Program-made: the position numbers and the translations under genes
Part shown: positions 22,206 to 34,861 of the stretch, piece after piece
Position numbering within the stretch: position 1 is the first letter of the stretch
Layout: every line of letters begins with the position of its first letter
Source: Octopus sinensis
Lineage: Eukaryota
Assembly (NCBI RefSeq): GCF_006345805.1
Contig: NC_043006.1
Span: 19,902,001-19,966,000, forward strand
Reading direction: 5' to 3'
DNA length: 64,000 bases
Notes under the pieces: model-generated
Seen by the model: only the letters and a program-made list of their open reading frames with translations
Told to the model about the DNA's origin: nothing
The model's database searches: none

Positions 22206-22450
22206 AAGTTCAAGGTGTGGTGCATGCATTTTGGGTTGCTCCCAAGACTGCTGTGGCCCATAACTGTGTATGAAGTTTCTCTAACAAGGATTGAGACCAT
22301 TCAATGGAAGATCAATAAGATGGTAAGGAAGTGGCTTGGCCTTTTGAAGTGCCTTTCATATGTCGCCCTTTATGGCAACCAGGGTATGCTCCAGTTGCCC
22401 CTGACGTCACTAGTGGAGGAGTACAAGGTATCCAAGGTGTGTCTGCAATC
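22206..22450 (+). mobile_element. Inverted fragment of the adjacent HERO-like element
   Basis: Reverse complement of about 21030-21275, roughly 94% identical. Confidence 0.88.
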
Positions 22451-22451
22451 A

Positions 22452-22605
22452 ATAAAGTCGTTGGCATCAGGAAGGGCATCCAGCTGTAAAAACCAAGCCA
22501 AAACAGACTATAGAACCTGATGTGGCCCCTGACCTAGCGAGTTCCTGTCAAGCCGCCCAACCCATGCCAGCATGGAAAGCGGATATGAAATGATGATGAT
22601 GATGA
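22452..22605 (+). mobile_element. RTE-related element 3' part, degenerate
   Basis: GTTGGCATCAGGAAGGGCATCC and (GAT)n tail. Confidence 0.7.
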
Positions 22606-22934
22606 CGATGACAATGGTAGCAGACATTTACTCAAGGTGCCACACAGTGGAACTGAACATACAGCCATGTGGTTGCAAAGCAAACTTCTTAACTACACAG
22701 CCATGCCTGCACACACTGTTAGACTTTGGCACAGAAAGACTGACAAATGTCTCAGAACCACTTCCAAGACATACTACAACGACAGCTAACAGAATGAAAC
22801 GAGGAACACCTTGGTTTATTATACAGGTGTTAAAGACAGAAGTGGAAATGGTTGGCAGAGACAGCCTGTATCGACATCCAGAGTTTTATCAGTTTTTACA
22901 AGGGGAGATAAAGTTAGCAATAAAATCATTTATG

Positions 22935-23345
22935 TAGGCGCAGGAGTGGCTGTGTGGTATGTAGCTTGTTTACCAACCACATGGTGCCGGGTTCAGTCCC
23001 ACTGCGTGGCACCTTGGGCGAGTTTCTTCTACTATAGCCTCGGGCCAACCAAAGCCTTGTGAGTGGATTTGGTAGATGGAAACTGAAAGAAGCCCGTCGT
23101 ATATATGTATGTGTGTGTGTGTTTGTGTGTCTGTCTTTGTCCCCCTAGCATTGCTTGACAACCGATGCTGGTGTGTTTATGTCCCCGTTACTTAGCGGTT
23201 CGGCAAAAAGAGACCGATAGAATATGTACTGGGCTTACAAAAGAATAAGTCCCGGGGTCGAGTTGCTTGACTAAAGGCGATGCTCCAGCATGGCCGCAGT
23301 CAAATGACTGAAACAAGTAAAAGAGTAAAAGAGTAAAGAGTAAAT
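22935..23345 (+). mobile_element. SINE-A
   Basis: Full-length family match. Confidence 0.93.
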
Positions 23346-23793
23346 CAGTGGCGTGTGTAAAGCATAGAGGTAGTGGGTTAGAACAGAGGTGTATATTTGT
23401 GTGACTGAGCACATGTGAATGTGAGTGAGTAGATATGAGAGTATGTATGTGTGAGTATGTGTGTGTGTGTGTGTGTGTGATGTGCAAATGTAGATGTCTG
23501 TGCGTGTGTGTATGTACACAAGTAGTAACTGTGTGTATAAAATTAACGAGTATGTAAACAGAATCAGTGAATGTGTATTTATATACACTGCGGTCGTGGG
23601 TATGTCGGATTGCGGGTGTGAGTGTGAGTGTGAGTGTATGCAAATATAGAAAAGGCATATGTGTGTGTGTGTGAGTCTGTTTGCGTAAAGAATTAGTGAA
23701 TACGTATGTACTGTGTGTGTGTGTGTGTGTGCGTGTGCATGTTGAAGCAGTGAGTGTGTAGAGGTAATGTGTATGTATGAATAATGGAATGGG

Positions 23794-23830
<37 letters not shown>

Positions 23831-24584
23831 ACACACACACACATATATATATACATATATTATCATCATAATCATCATTACCAACATTCAATGGCAATGT
23901 TCCATATAGGTACAGGTTAAATGGTTCAGCTGCATTCAAAGGAACCAAGGACTGCCTCATGCTTCACTGTCTACTTTGACATGGTTTCTATGGTTGGATA
24001 ACGTTGATAATGCCAACCACTTTGCAGTGTGCACTAGGTGCTTTTCTTTTTTTTTTTTGTTTTTTTTGTACTACCATCACTAATGAGGTTGCCATACAGC
24101 TTGCAAGACTACAAATCCCGAGAGAGGCAGCTTTATGCGAGAAGATAAGTGTTGAAGTATGAGAGAAGGGGTCAGAGAAGAACGGGCATCTTGCTGTAGA
24201 GGGGTTACATGGCTGCTCACATTTTAGAAGAGAGAGTTGGGGAGTAATCAGTGTGGAGCAGAGAGGAGATAAAATTAGTGTTGTGGTTTCTTGGGGGGGA
24301 ACCTCAAAGTATAAGGTGAGTAGAAGTCCATGTACGGTTACAACCTTGGGACTGAAATGCATAAGGGAATAAAGGAATAAAGGAATACACACATTGTAGT
24401 AATCAGTTGTTTGTCCTGTGTGTTATTTAGTCATTCATCCATTCTCTTAAATTTCGGACTTCCTATCGTAAACATGTTTAGCAAACAATCTGATTTCTGG
24501 TATTTAAATAATTAGATAAAAAATTAGTACTAATAAATTATTACATATTAATAAACAATTAGGTTATTTCCCTTTTCTTCATAT

Positions 24585-24982
24585 ATTATCTTTTACTCTC
24601 TTTTACTTGTTTCAGTCATTTGACTGCGGCCATGCTGGAGCACCGCCTTTAGTCGAGCAAATCAACCCCGGGACTTATTCTTTGTAAGCCCAGTACTTAT
24701 TCTATCGGTCTCTTTTGCCGAACCGCAAAGTGACGGGGACGTAAACACACCAGCATCGGTTGTCAAGCAATGCTAGGGGGACAAACACAGACACACAAAC
24801 ACACACACATATATATATATATATATACGACAGGCTTCTTTCAGTTTCCGTCTACCAAATCCACTCACAAGGCATTGGTTGGCCCGGGGCTATAGCAGAA
24901 GACACTTGCCCAAGATGCCACGCAGTGGGACTGAACCCAGAACCATGTGGTTGGTTAGCAAGCTACTTACCACACAGCCACT
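24585..24982 (-). mobile_element. SINE-A
   Basis: Full-length family match. Confidence 0.93.
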
Positions 24983-25139
24983 ACTATGTTTAACAAATAT
25001 CACCGATAATGCCTTCTCTCGTAGCTAAGTGGTGGGATGAGGAGCAGAAGAGCTGGGAGTCTGGGTGAATAAAGGTTCCAAGGATGTATGAAAGAGAGAT
25101 GGGGAAATGGGAGAGGGAGTCAATATTATGAATAAGTTA

Positions 25140-25560
25140 AGGCAGTGAGCTGGCAGAATTGTTAGCATGCTCGCAAAATGCTTAGGGGCATTGTGGTGTT
25201 GAACTGCAGAAGCAGGCAGAGACAGGGTTAAAGAGCATTAGTTTGCCTGGGAAGTTCAAGGTGTGGTGCATGCATTTTGGGTTGCTTCCAAGGTTGCTGT
25301 GACCCATAACTGTGTATGAAATTTCTCTAATGAGGATTGAGACAATTGAATGGAAGATCAATAAGATGGTAAGGAAGTGGCTTGGCCTTTTGAAGTGCCT
25401 TTCATATGTCTCCCTTTACATTCTGAGTTCAAATTCTGCCGAGGTTGACTTTACCTTTCATTGTTTTGAGGTTGATAAAATAAGTACCAGCTGAGCACTG
25501 ATGTCAATATCATCAACTTAACCACTCTCCTAGAATTGGTGGCCTTGTGCCAAAGTTCGA
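25140..25560 (+). mobile_element. Degenerate SINE-B containing a ~220-bp HERO-derived insert
   Basis: 25188-25410 matches the reverse complement of 21118-21348. Confidence 0.88.
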
Positions 25561-25794
25561 AATGAATATTTTTCATGCAGTGAAGACAGCAAGCTGGTAA
25601 AATTATTAGCACACCAGGCAAAATGCTTAGTGGCAGTTCCTCTGTTTTTATATTCTGAATTCAAATTCCACCAACATTGACTCTACCTTTCAGCCTTTCA
25701 GGATCGATAAAACAAGTACTGGATGTAATCAATTTACTCTCTCCCACAAACTTGCTGGCCTTGTGCCAAAATTTGAAGCCAAGGGTAAAAAGGG

Positions 25795-26125
25795 TAACGA
25801 TCCCCTTCAGTCATGAATGACCATGGGATGCACCTAGAAAGTTCCCCTCCAAGGCAGAAGTCAAGCAAGGTGGTTCAGGGAAGACCGGCAATCACCCATG
25901 CATACTATCCTCCCCTCTCCATGTTCTCAATGTTACCCAAGGGAGAGGCAAAGGGGTCGATACAGCTTGGCACCAGTGCTGTTGCAACTCATTTCTACAG
26001 CTGAGTGAACTGGAGTAACGTGAAGTAAAGTGTCTTGCTTAAGAACACAACACGCAGCCCAAACCAAGAATCGAACTCACTACCTCATGAATGTGAGCCT
26101 GGTGCTCTAACCACTGAGCCATGTG
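25795..26125 (-). mobile_element. SINE-D (tRNA-derived)
   Basis: Homologous to 56805-57135 in opposite orientation. Confidence 0.82.
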
Positions 26126-27068
26126 AGGGGAAAATAGACTGACAACTATAGTGATTGAGATGGATGCAGGGGCAGAAGTAGTGAGTGGTGTGTAAGGGGT
26201 GTGGTGGGGTGGGATTGCTGACCAATGATGCATAAGGGTGAAGAATAGCAGAACAGTAATGATTATACAATAGACGAGGATGAAAGAGATGACAAGTAGT
26301 TAGGTAGGGTACAAGAATGTTGGGGATGGGAGATGGGTAGGCATAGTGCATGGGAAGGGTAAGAGACTGTATAGTGATGGAGGAGAGAGATAATTTGGTA
26401 GCAGGTAGGAGGGGCATGCGAAGTCAGAGTGGAGTGGACAGTATTGAGGATGGGGTGGACAGATATTGAATAAAATGGTTCCAGAAAGTGAGAAACATTC
26501 ACAATATCCAGGGAAATCTGCAGTTAGTGAGATGAAGGGTGGTGGTGGTGGTGGTGGTGGTGGTGGTGATGGTGTCTTGAGGAGGGAATTGGGCAAAGGG
26601 TTCAGGTCTGTGGTAAGAAGTTTGCTTGCTAACCATATGGTACTGGGTTCAATTCCAGAGGATGGCAACTTCAGCAAAGGTCTTCTACAATAGTCTAAGG
26701 CCAACCAAAGGTTTGTGAGTGAATTTGGTAGATAAAAACTGAAAGAAGCTCATCATGTGTGTGTGGGGGGGGGTATATATAAGTACCTCATTTTTAACTG
26801 CCTACAACCTCAATAAAATTGACATGTATGGGCACAACAAATTACTTTTTCCAAAGGCTGAAACAGCTGTAATGATTTTAATAATTTATATTAAGGTTTT
26901 TTTAATAACTTCTTGTATTCTTATCTTATATGTATTGAATTTTATACTGTATATATGTATGTTATTATGGTTGTCGTTTTGATAAATAAATAAGTCAACA
27001 TTCTAATAGCCTAAAGTTGATAAACCAACTAATGTGTTTCTCCATTTTCTTATTTGTAATATACATAC

Positions 27069-27112
<44 letters not shown>

Positions 27113-27117
27113 TATAT

Positions 27118-27148
<31 letters not shown>

Positions 27149-27267
27149 CATATATATATACACATATAAAGTTAATCCAAACATGGAAGCACAAAAATAC
27201 ACACAACGCGAGGACGTGGAACAAATATAGTATTATTGGACACTCAGGAAAGAAGGAAAGAAGGAGG

Positions 27268-27302
27268 GCTTAACGTTTTGAGCGGAGCTCTTCGTCGGAA
27301 AC
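27268..27302 (-). ncRNA. Degenerate minimal hammerhead-like motif (Penelope-type)
   Basis: GTTT-CCGACGA-A-GAGC tcc GCTC-AAAA-CGTT-AAGC; U4C and G12A core changes; palindromic AACGTT. Confidence 0.35.
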
Positions 27303-27665
27303 ATAGGAGAAGGAAAGATCCAGAGAAGGGAAGACAGAGGAAAAAATCGCCAATGGTACACACGCGATCACACACATATATATATACACACACATACAAA
27401 CATACATACATACATACAAACATACATACATACATACATACATAAGATGTGAATATAGACATGAGGTGCTTATATGTAAAGGTCAGTTCCATATATGTGT
27501 GCATATAACAGCTGTCCATATGTAAGTATAGCTACATATGTATCCAACGTATGCTGCTAAACCAGCATTAAATTAAAACAGCCATACATTTATTCTACTT
27601 AATGTACATACACTGTTGACAGGTAAGATTTTTTTTATAGATGTGTTGTTTTAATAACACATATA

Positions 27666-27882
27666 TGAGGGGCTGCTGAAAAGTCTCTGGCTTTAAGGGT
27701 ATTGTGAAAGGCCTGCCTGGAGGCCTGACCTTCCAAGTTTTTTTACAGGGCTTAGAAAAACTGAAGGACTGGTGCAATAAGAGTGTGGATCTGAGAGGGA
27801 AATATGTTGAATAAAATCATAATTAACTGATCCTCCTGTATTTTCATTTACCCAAAGCCAAGAGCTTTTCAGTACCTCCTCG
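27666..27882 (+). mobile_element. Mariner-derived MITE
   Basis: TA|TGAGGGGCTGCTGAAAAG...CTTTTCAGTACCTCCTCG|TA; retains the transposase C-terminus GLEKLKDWCNKSVDLRGKYVE*. Confidence 0.85.
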
Positions 27883-28168
27883 TATATTGGAGGGAGATAT
27901 AAAATTGTCAGGGCAGAGGCTAGCAACAACACCAGGCACATTTCAGTCCTGCCTGTCAATGTGTGTATACACTTGGTATGAAACATAGATGTACATGTGC
28001 ATGCTTAGAAGGAAGGTGTATCAAAACAGCAATAAACTATATCAAATATTCAATAAGGAAATAGTATTCCGGTGGAATACTAGACACAGATGTTCAACAG
28101 ATACTTAACAGATGTTCAACAGATATTCAACAAACTATACAGAGAATGCTGAAGGTAGATTTTTTTAA

Positions 28169-28797
28169 CCCTTTAGCATTTAAACTGGAGTGGCTGTGTG
28201 GTAAGTAGCTTGCTTACCAACCACATGGTTCCAGGTTCAGTCCCACTGCGTGGCACCTTGGGCAAGTGTCTTCTACTATAGCCTCGGGCCGACCAAAGCC
28301 TTGTGAGTGGATTTGGTAGACGGAAACTGAAAGAAGCCTGTCGTATATATGTATATATATGTGTGTGTGTGCGTGTGTGTTTGTGTGTCTGTGTTGTCCC
28401 CCTAGCATTGCTTGACAACCGATGCTGGTGTGTTTATATCTCCGTCACTTAGCGGTTCGGCAAAAAGAGACCGATAGAATAAGTACTGGGCTTACAAAGA
28501 ATAAGTCCCGGGGTCGAGTTGCTCGACCAAAGGCGGTGCTCCAGCATGGCTGCAGTCAAATGACTGAAACAAGTAAAAAGAGTAAAGAGTAAAAAGAGTT
28601 ATCAGTACCAAATATTCTACCTTTTTAAGCTCAAACAGGACGGATCTGGCCTCTCATACCTACCCTACAATATCATTCTAAAACATAAACAATTATATCA
28701 TTGAAATCTCGAAGCTAGAAGATAATTCATGATTAATTCAAAACAATATGAATAAATAAGTTTACATTTGACAGAATAATCTGAATGCTAAGGGGTC
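28169..28797. mobile_element. MITE-P1 interrupted by SINE-A
   Basis: TTAA|CCCTTTAGCATT start; body resumes after 28600; ends GCTAAGGGG. Confidence 0.75.
28185..28600 (+). mobile_element. SINE-A
   Basis: Full-length family match. Confidence 0.93.
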
Positions 28798-29384
28798 AAC
28801 TGGCATTTCATCAGTTATGACCACAAGGGTTGCAGTTGATCCAATCAACAGAACACCCTGCTTGTGAAACTGGTGTGTGAAACTGGCTGAGCACTCCACA
28901 GACATGCTTATCCTCAACAGAGTTCTCAGGGAGGTTCAGTATGATACAGAATGTGACAAGGTAGGCCCTTTGAAATACAGGTACTACTACATGGATAAGT
29001 CATACAAGTTTGGGGTAGTCAAAGCAGGTATTTGCAGCTGACTCCTAAGTAGGTTACACTATAATCTGGGGAGTTACATGGCCCTTTTTTAATGTAAATA
29101 CAACTAATATTCATTAAATATTATCAAATATTCTCCTTTATTTCAAAACTTGTCTTACAAATTTTAGAGCATTTTTGAAAGTTGTTTAACTTGTCTTACA
29201 AATTTTAGAGCATTTATGAAAGTTGTTTAACTGATAAAAAAAAAAAAATTTTTTAAAAATCGATATGTATCACCTAGACAACAAAGATGTATAGAATTAC
29301 AAATAGAACAGAAAAAATGTTACATGAGGCTACTGATACACCGCGGTCTACTTCAGATCCTTGTGATGTCGAGTGGATAGGTCA

Positions 29385-29795
29385 CATCTTTACTCTTTCT
29401 CTTTACTCTTTTACTTGTTTCAGTCATTTGACTGTGGCTATGCTGGAGCACCGCCTTTAATCGAGCAACTCAACCCCGGGACTTATTCTTTGTAAGCCCA
29501 GTACTTATTTTATCGGTCTCTTTTTGCCAAACCGCTAAGTGACGGGGACATAAACACACCAGCATCGGTTGTCAAGCAATGCTAGGGGGACAAACACAGA
29601 CACACAAACATACACACATACATATATATATACATATATACGACGGACTTCTTTCAGTTTCCGTCTACCAAATCCACTCACAAGGCTTTGGTCGGCCCAA
29701 GGCTATAGTAGAAGACACTTGCCCAAGGTGCCATGCAGTGGGACTGAACCCGGAACCATGTGGTTGGTAAACAAGCTACTTACCACACAGCCACT
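29385..29795 (-). mobile_element. SINE-A
   Basis: Full-length family match. Confidence 0.93.
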
Positions 29796-30035
29796 CTCTG
29801 ATTTTTATTGAAATTTCTGGTAAAAAAAATGTGCAACCTATCCTTGAGTATATATGGTACTCATTTTTGTCAGGTGAATGGGCTGGTACTAAGTGAAAAA
29901 AAGTGTCTTGTTCAAGACACACTGTGCTACTAGGAATCAAACTCACAGCCTTATATTTGTGAACCAAAAATCTAACCACAAAATGATGTGCCTTTACAAA
30001 GACTAAACGGATGTTAACTAAAATGTGTGGTTGTT

Positions 30036-30217
30036 AACAGATGTTTTCAATAAACTATATAGAATACAAATGACAGATGTTTAACAGATGTAAAATAAGT
30101 TGTGAGGTTGTTAACAGATGTTCAAAAACTATGAGGAACAGTAAAGACTGATGTTTTTAACAGATGTTAAACTGTGATTGTAAACAGGTTTAAACAGTGT
30201 CCCTGTTAACAGATGTT
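30036..30217. promoter_or_regulatory. Homotypic cluster of (A/G)ACAGATGT E-box motifs
   Basis: Six exact CAGATG in ~185 bp with unique spacers; function unproven. Confidence 0.3.
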
Positions 30218-30249
30218 ATGTAAACATAAATACAAGAGACAGATATTAA

Positions 30250-30660
30250 CTGGCTGTGTGGTAAGTAGCTTGTTTACCAACCACATGGTTCCGGGTTCAG
30301 TCCCACTGCGTGGCACCTCGGGCAAATGTCTTCTACTATAGCCTCGGGCCGACCAAAGCCTTGTGAGTGGATTTGGTAGACGGAAACTGAAAGAAGCCCA
30401 TTGTATATATGTATATATATATATGTATATGCGTGTATATGTTTGTGTGTCTGTGTTTGTCCCCCTAGAATTGCTTGAAAACCGATGCTGATGTGTTTAT
30501 GTCCCCGTTACTTAGCGGTTCGGCAAAAGAGACCGATAGAATAAGTACTGGGCTTACAAAAGAATAAGTCCCAGGGTCGAGTTGCTCGATTAAAGGCGGT
30601 GCTCCAGCATGGCCGCAGTCAAATGACTGAAACAAGTAAAAGGGTAAAAGAGTAAAGAGA
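30250..30660 (+). mobile_element. SINE-A
   Basis: Full-length family match. Confidence 0.93.
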
Positions 30661-30819
30661 ATATCATAGACACAGCTATAGACATAGTAAAGTAACATTC
30701 TATGCTATAATGTTGCAAGCGGTTATAGCAAATGCTATAAACAACTACAAAATAAAATTTGAATTCAAAGAATTCAGTAAAGAATATAAATAAAAACAAA
30801 AATATGTAAAATATATTAC

Positions 30820-30870
30820 CAAGAAAATGTAAGTTTCCTTCCACCAAAGTGGTCCCTGTAACTTGGTTCT
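30820..30870 (-). CDS. 51-nt exon encoding the middle of the SAM domain
   Basis: tttatcttttatgtttcag acceptor, G|gtaata donor, phase 1-1, (E)NQVTGTTLVEGNLHFL(D). Confidence 0.85.
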
Positions 30871-31049
30871 CTGAAACATAAAAGATAAACCTTTATAATA
30901 ATGATAGCTGATAGAAATAGTTATTGGTTGGTTGGTTGGTTGGTTGGCTGATAGATTCATTTCTTCAATCTTGTATTACAACACATACAAAGAGAGGGAG
31001 AGAGAGTAAGGGAGAGATACAGAGAGAGACTCTCTGTTATTGTTTTTTA

Positions 31050-31781
31050 GGAGCACTCCGTTGGTTACGACGATGAGGGTCCCAGCTGATACGATCAATG
31101 GAACAGCTTGCTCATGGAATTAACGTGCAAGTGGCTGAGCATTCCACAGATACGTGTACCCTTAACGTAGTTCTCGGGGAGATTCAGCGTGACACAGAGT
31201 GTGACAAGGCTGGCCCTTTTTTCTTCATCCAAAGACAGATAGACAAGGGGAGAGAGAGAGAGCGAGATCCTTATATCCACAAGGTAAACTACAATACATC
31301 TGAGCTAAACAATTGTTTTAAGAAAATTTGAGAATGATTTTCTACAAATTATATCTGTAGAGAAGAGGCAAATGCAAGAAGAAATTTGTAAATAATATAT
31401 ATAGGAGCACTCCGTCGGTTACGACGATGAGGGTCCCAGCTGATACGATCAACGGAACAGCTTGCTCATGGAATTAACATGCAAGTGGCTGAGCATTCCA
31501 CAGACACGTGTACCCTTAACGTAGTTCTCGAGGAGATTCAGCGTGACACAGAGTGTGACAAGGCTGGCCCTTTGAAATACAGGTACAACAGAAACAGGAA
31601 GAAAGAGTGAGAGAAAGCTGTGGTGAAATAGTACAGCATGGTTCACCCCCCCCCCCCTGCAGGAGCCTTGTGAAGCTTTAGGTGTTTTCGCTCAATAAAC
31701 ACTCACAATGCCCGGTCTGGGAATCGAAACCGCGATCCTACGACCACGAGTCTGCTGCTCTAACCACTGGGCCATTGCACC

Positions 31782-31785
<4 letters not shown>
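31050..31785 (-). mobile_element. SINE-C (tail variant 2) with partial duplication and inserted local copy
   Basis: Tail fragment 31050-31216, unique insert, then full copy 31400-31785. Confidence 0.85.
31215..31735 (+). repeat. Direct copy of 34675-35185
   Basis: Near-identical, including ~190 bp of non-repeat sequence. Confidence 0.92.
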
Positions 31786-31816
<31 letters not shown>

Positions 31817-32227
31817 TAAGAGGCACGGGATAAGTGGACATATTAGGCTTGGTGGCAGGTAATGAGTAAAAGAACACTACACTCACACACAAAGTGAGAG
31901 AGAAAGAACTGTCAACAGAGAAGGGGGGAAGCAGAGGAGGAGGAGGAAGAAATGGCAGAGTAGTTATGGTAAAAGTTATACAAATGAGTAATTTGTTTTA
32001 TTTAATATCAGTAATAAATATTTTTTTCTTTTGAAAATTGGTATTCATTTCATCATTTTGTATGAGCCCCAAGAAATTTGGTAAAAGTTAAATTGTAATT
32101 ATTGTATATGTCCCACATTTTCTGATAATATCCATTATGGCGAAAGTATACTTCCAAAGTTACCCACTATATGATGGGTAACAATCTAGTTATGATAGCA
32201 CACACACTCATTAGATATATATATGTA

Positions 32228-33517
32228 CGAGGAGCGTTCAATAAGTAATGCCTCTGACCCACTTGCAGTTGTTTGATCTAGCTGAAAATTTACATGTGCA
32301 ATTATGTATATCTCTATAGATTAAGTGGCAAATTACAGCTCTGAACTAATTGTGGTTTCTGATATACAGGTGTTTGAACTGAGTCAAGTGTGAAATGGAG
32401 CCTGTTGAGTGTCGAGCAGTGATCCGGTTTTTGTATTTGAAAGGACGCACACCACGGGAGACTTTTGATGAAATGAAAGTAACTTATGGTGATGATGCCC
32501 CATCATATGACCTTGTAAAACGCTGGCATCGTGAATTCAAACATGGTTGGAACTCTGTGGAAACAGCTCCCAGATCTGGTCACCCCCCCTTCTGCCATTG
32601 ATGAGGCATCTGTCCGTCAAGTTGAGGCTGCCATTTTGGAAGATCGACGCATAACTATTCGCCAAATAGCCCATGAGGTCAAGTTTAGTACCGGGTCTGT
32701 GGAAACTATCATTCATTACCATTTGCATATGCAAAAGGTGTCTGCAAGATGGATTCCCAGGTTGCTCACACCTTTCCAGAAGCAAGAACGCATCGAGTGC
32801 TCGAGGATGAATTTGGAGATGTGCCAAGAAGATGAGTCAAAATTTTTCAAAAGACTGATTACACAGGATGAAACCTGGGTCCATCACTATGATCCAGAGA
32901 CCAAAGCCCAGTCAATGCAGTGGAAGCACCGTGACTCACCTCCTCCAAAGAAGGCAAAGGTGCAGCCCTCCGCTGGCAAGTCATGCTCACAGTCTTCTGG
33001 GACCAGGACGGAGTAGTGATGACAGATTTCCTGGCAAAGGGTACCACAATTACAGGAGCCTATTATGCTTCACTTTTGAGGAAATTAAGAGAAGCTATCA
33101 AAATCAAGAGGCGGGGCAAGATCACACAAGGCATCCTCCTCCTGCAGGACAACGCTCCGTCTACAACTCGCGTGTCGCCAGATCAGAAGCACAGGCATGC
33201 GGCTATGAACTCCTCCCCCATCCCCCTACTCTCCTGACCTTGCACCCTCTGATTTTCACCTCTTCCCAGCCATGAAGTTGTTTTTGAAAGGAAAGCGTTT
33301 CCCAGATGATGCAGCCTTGATTTCTGAAGTCACGTCATGGTTGGAGGACCAAGCTGGGGTTTTCTACAAAAACGGTCTCCAGAGTTGCATCAAACGATGG
33401 GAGAAATGTGTAACTCTGAGTGGTTCCTATGTAGAAAAAGACTAATAACTGTGCCAAGTTTCGTTGTTCTACTGCAATGGGAAGTGGGTCAGGGGCATTA
33501 CTATTGAACGCCCCTCG
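32228..33517 (+). mobile_element. Full-length mariner transposon (1290 bp)
   Basis: TA|CGAGGAGCGTTCAATAAGTAATGCC...GGCATTACTATTGAACGCCCCTCG|TA. Confidence 0.97.
32395..33447 (+). pseudogene. Mariner DD34D transposase, frameshifted
   Basis: WIPRLL, TQDETW, QDNA and YSPDLAPSDFHLF motifs spread over several frames. Confidence 0.95.
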
Positions 33518-33525
33518 TATATATG

Positions 33526-33600
<75 letters not shown>

Positions 33601-33631
33601 GTGTGTGTGTGGTGTGTGGTGGTGTGTGTGT

Positions 33632-33925
33632 GGAGGCGCAATGGCCCAGTGGTTAGGGCAGCGGACTTGCGGTCGTAGGATCGCGGTTTCGATTCCCAGA
33701 CCGGGCGTTGTGAGTGTTTATTGAGCAAAAACACCTAAAAGCTCCACGAGTCTCCGGCAGGGGGTGGTGATCCCTGCTGTACTCTTTCACCACTCTTTCT
33801 TCTGTTGGCCTGCTCGCTTAGCCAGCGGGGTGGCGTCATTCGAAGACTAAAACAATGCGAACGCATTGTGACCGGCGATGTGTAACTACATCTGATGGAC
33901 TGGTCGGTCACATGATCACATGATA
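33632..33925 (+). mobile_element. SINE-C, tail variant 3
   Basis: Same head; different 3' module ending GGTCACATGATCACATGA. Confidence 0.88.
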
Positions 33926-34419
33926 TATATTATATATAAATAGGAGAGGGGAAAAATTTTTTGGTATTATTTATGGTATTACGTTTTGGTATTATTTTTT
34001 CCAATCCCCTATTTTGATATGTAATTACTCTACTAAAGCTATTTTCCAGTATTTTTCAGCTCCTATGCATACCTCACACAATTAAAACATCTTTGTACAA
34101 TTTTGGATAACTGGAATAAGCAGATGTGCACTAAGAAGGCACAGCTTGGATTATAACTCTGTCTACATATGCTGCTCCTCTAGACGGAAACCTTACCTAT
34201 CATTGTGGTTTTGCGGCACAAAGCAAAGTAGATCTTGCCATCAACTCAAGAAAACAGAGTGAATCCTCTACAAACACTCAATCAAACTGAGTTCTCAACT
34301 TGTTCCATTTTCCAAAAGGCTTGTAAGGTACCAGCAGGCCTCAAGAGACACATTTGTGTCCACAGACATGATTAACACTTTATTTTACTTAACTCTCATT
34401 TGTCGTTCACTACAAGTAA

Positions 34420-34603
34420 AAAGCACGTAAAAAGCACCCACTACACTCACGGAGTGGTTGGCGTTAGGAAGGGCATCCAGCCGTAGAAACACTGCCAGAT
34501 CTGACTGGGCCTGATGCAGCCTCCTGGCTTGCCAGACCACAGTCGAACCATCCAACTCGTGCTAGCGCAGAAAACGGACATTAAACGATGATGATGATGA
34601 TGA
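34420..34603 (+). mobile_element. RTE-related element 3' part
   Basis: Family motifs and (GAT)n tail. Confidence 0.85.
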
Positions 34604-34861
34604 AGAGAATCCATCATCGTACACATATATTGTTTGAACCAAATGTGGGTTCTAGTCCCACAGGCAGCCTTTGACCTTTTTTCTTCATCCGAAGACAGAT
34701 AGACAAGGGGAGAGAGAGAGAGCGAGATCCTTATATCCACAAGGTAAACTACAATACATCTGAGCTAAACAATTGTTTTAAGAAAATTTGAGAATGATTT
34801 TCTACAAATTATATCTGTAGAGAAGAGGCAAATGCAAGAAGAAATTTGTAAATAATATATA

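Noticed and set aside
34696-34744. Plus-strand 49-nt micro-exon-like segment (also near 31235)
   Set aside because: Opposite strand, contains a (GA)n tract, no supporting neighbours
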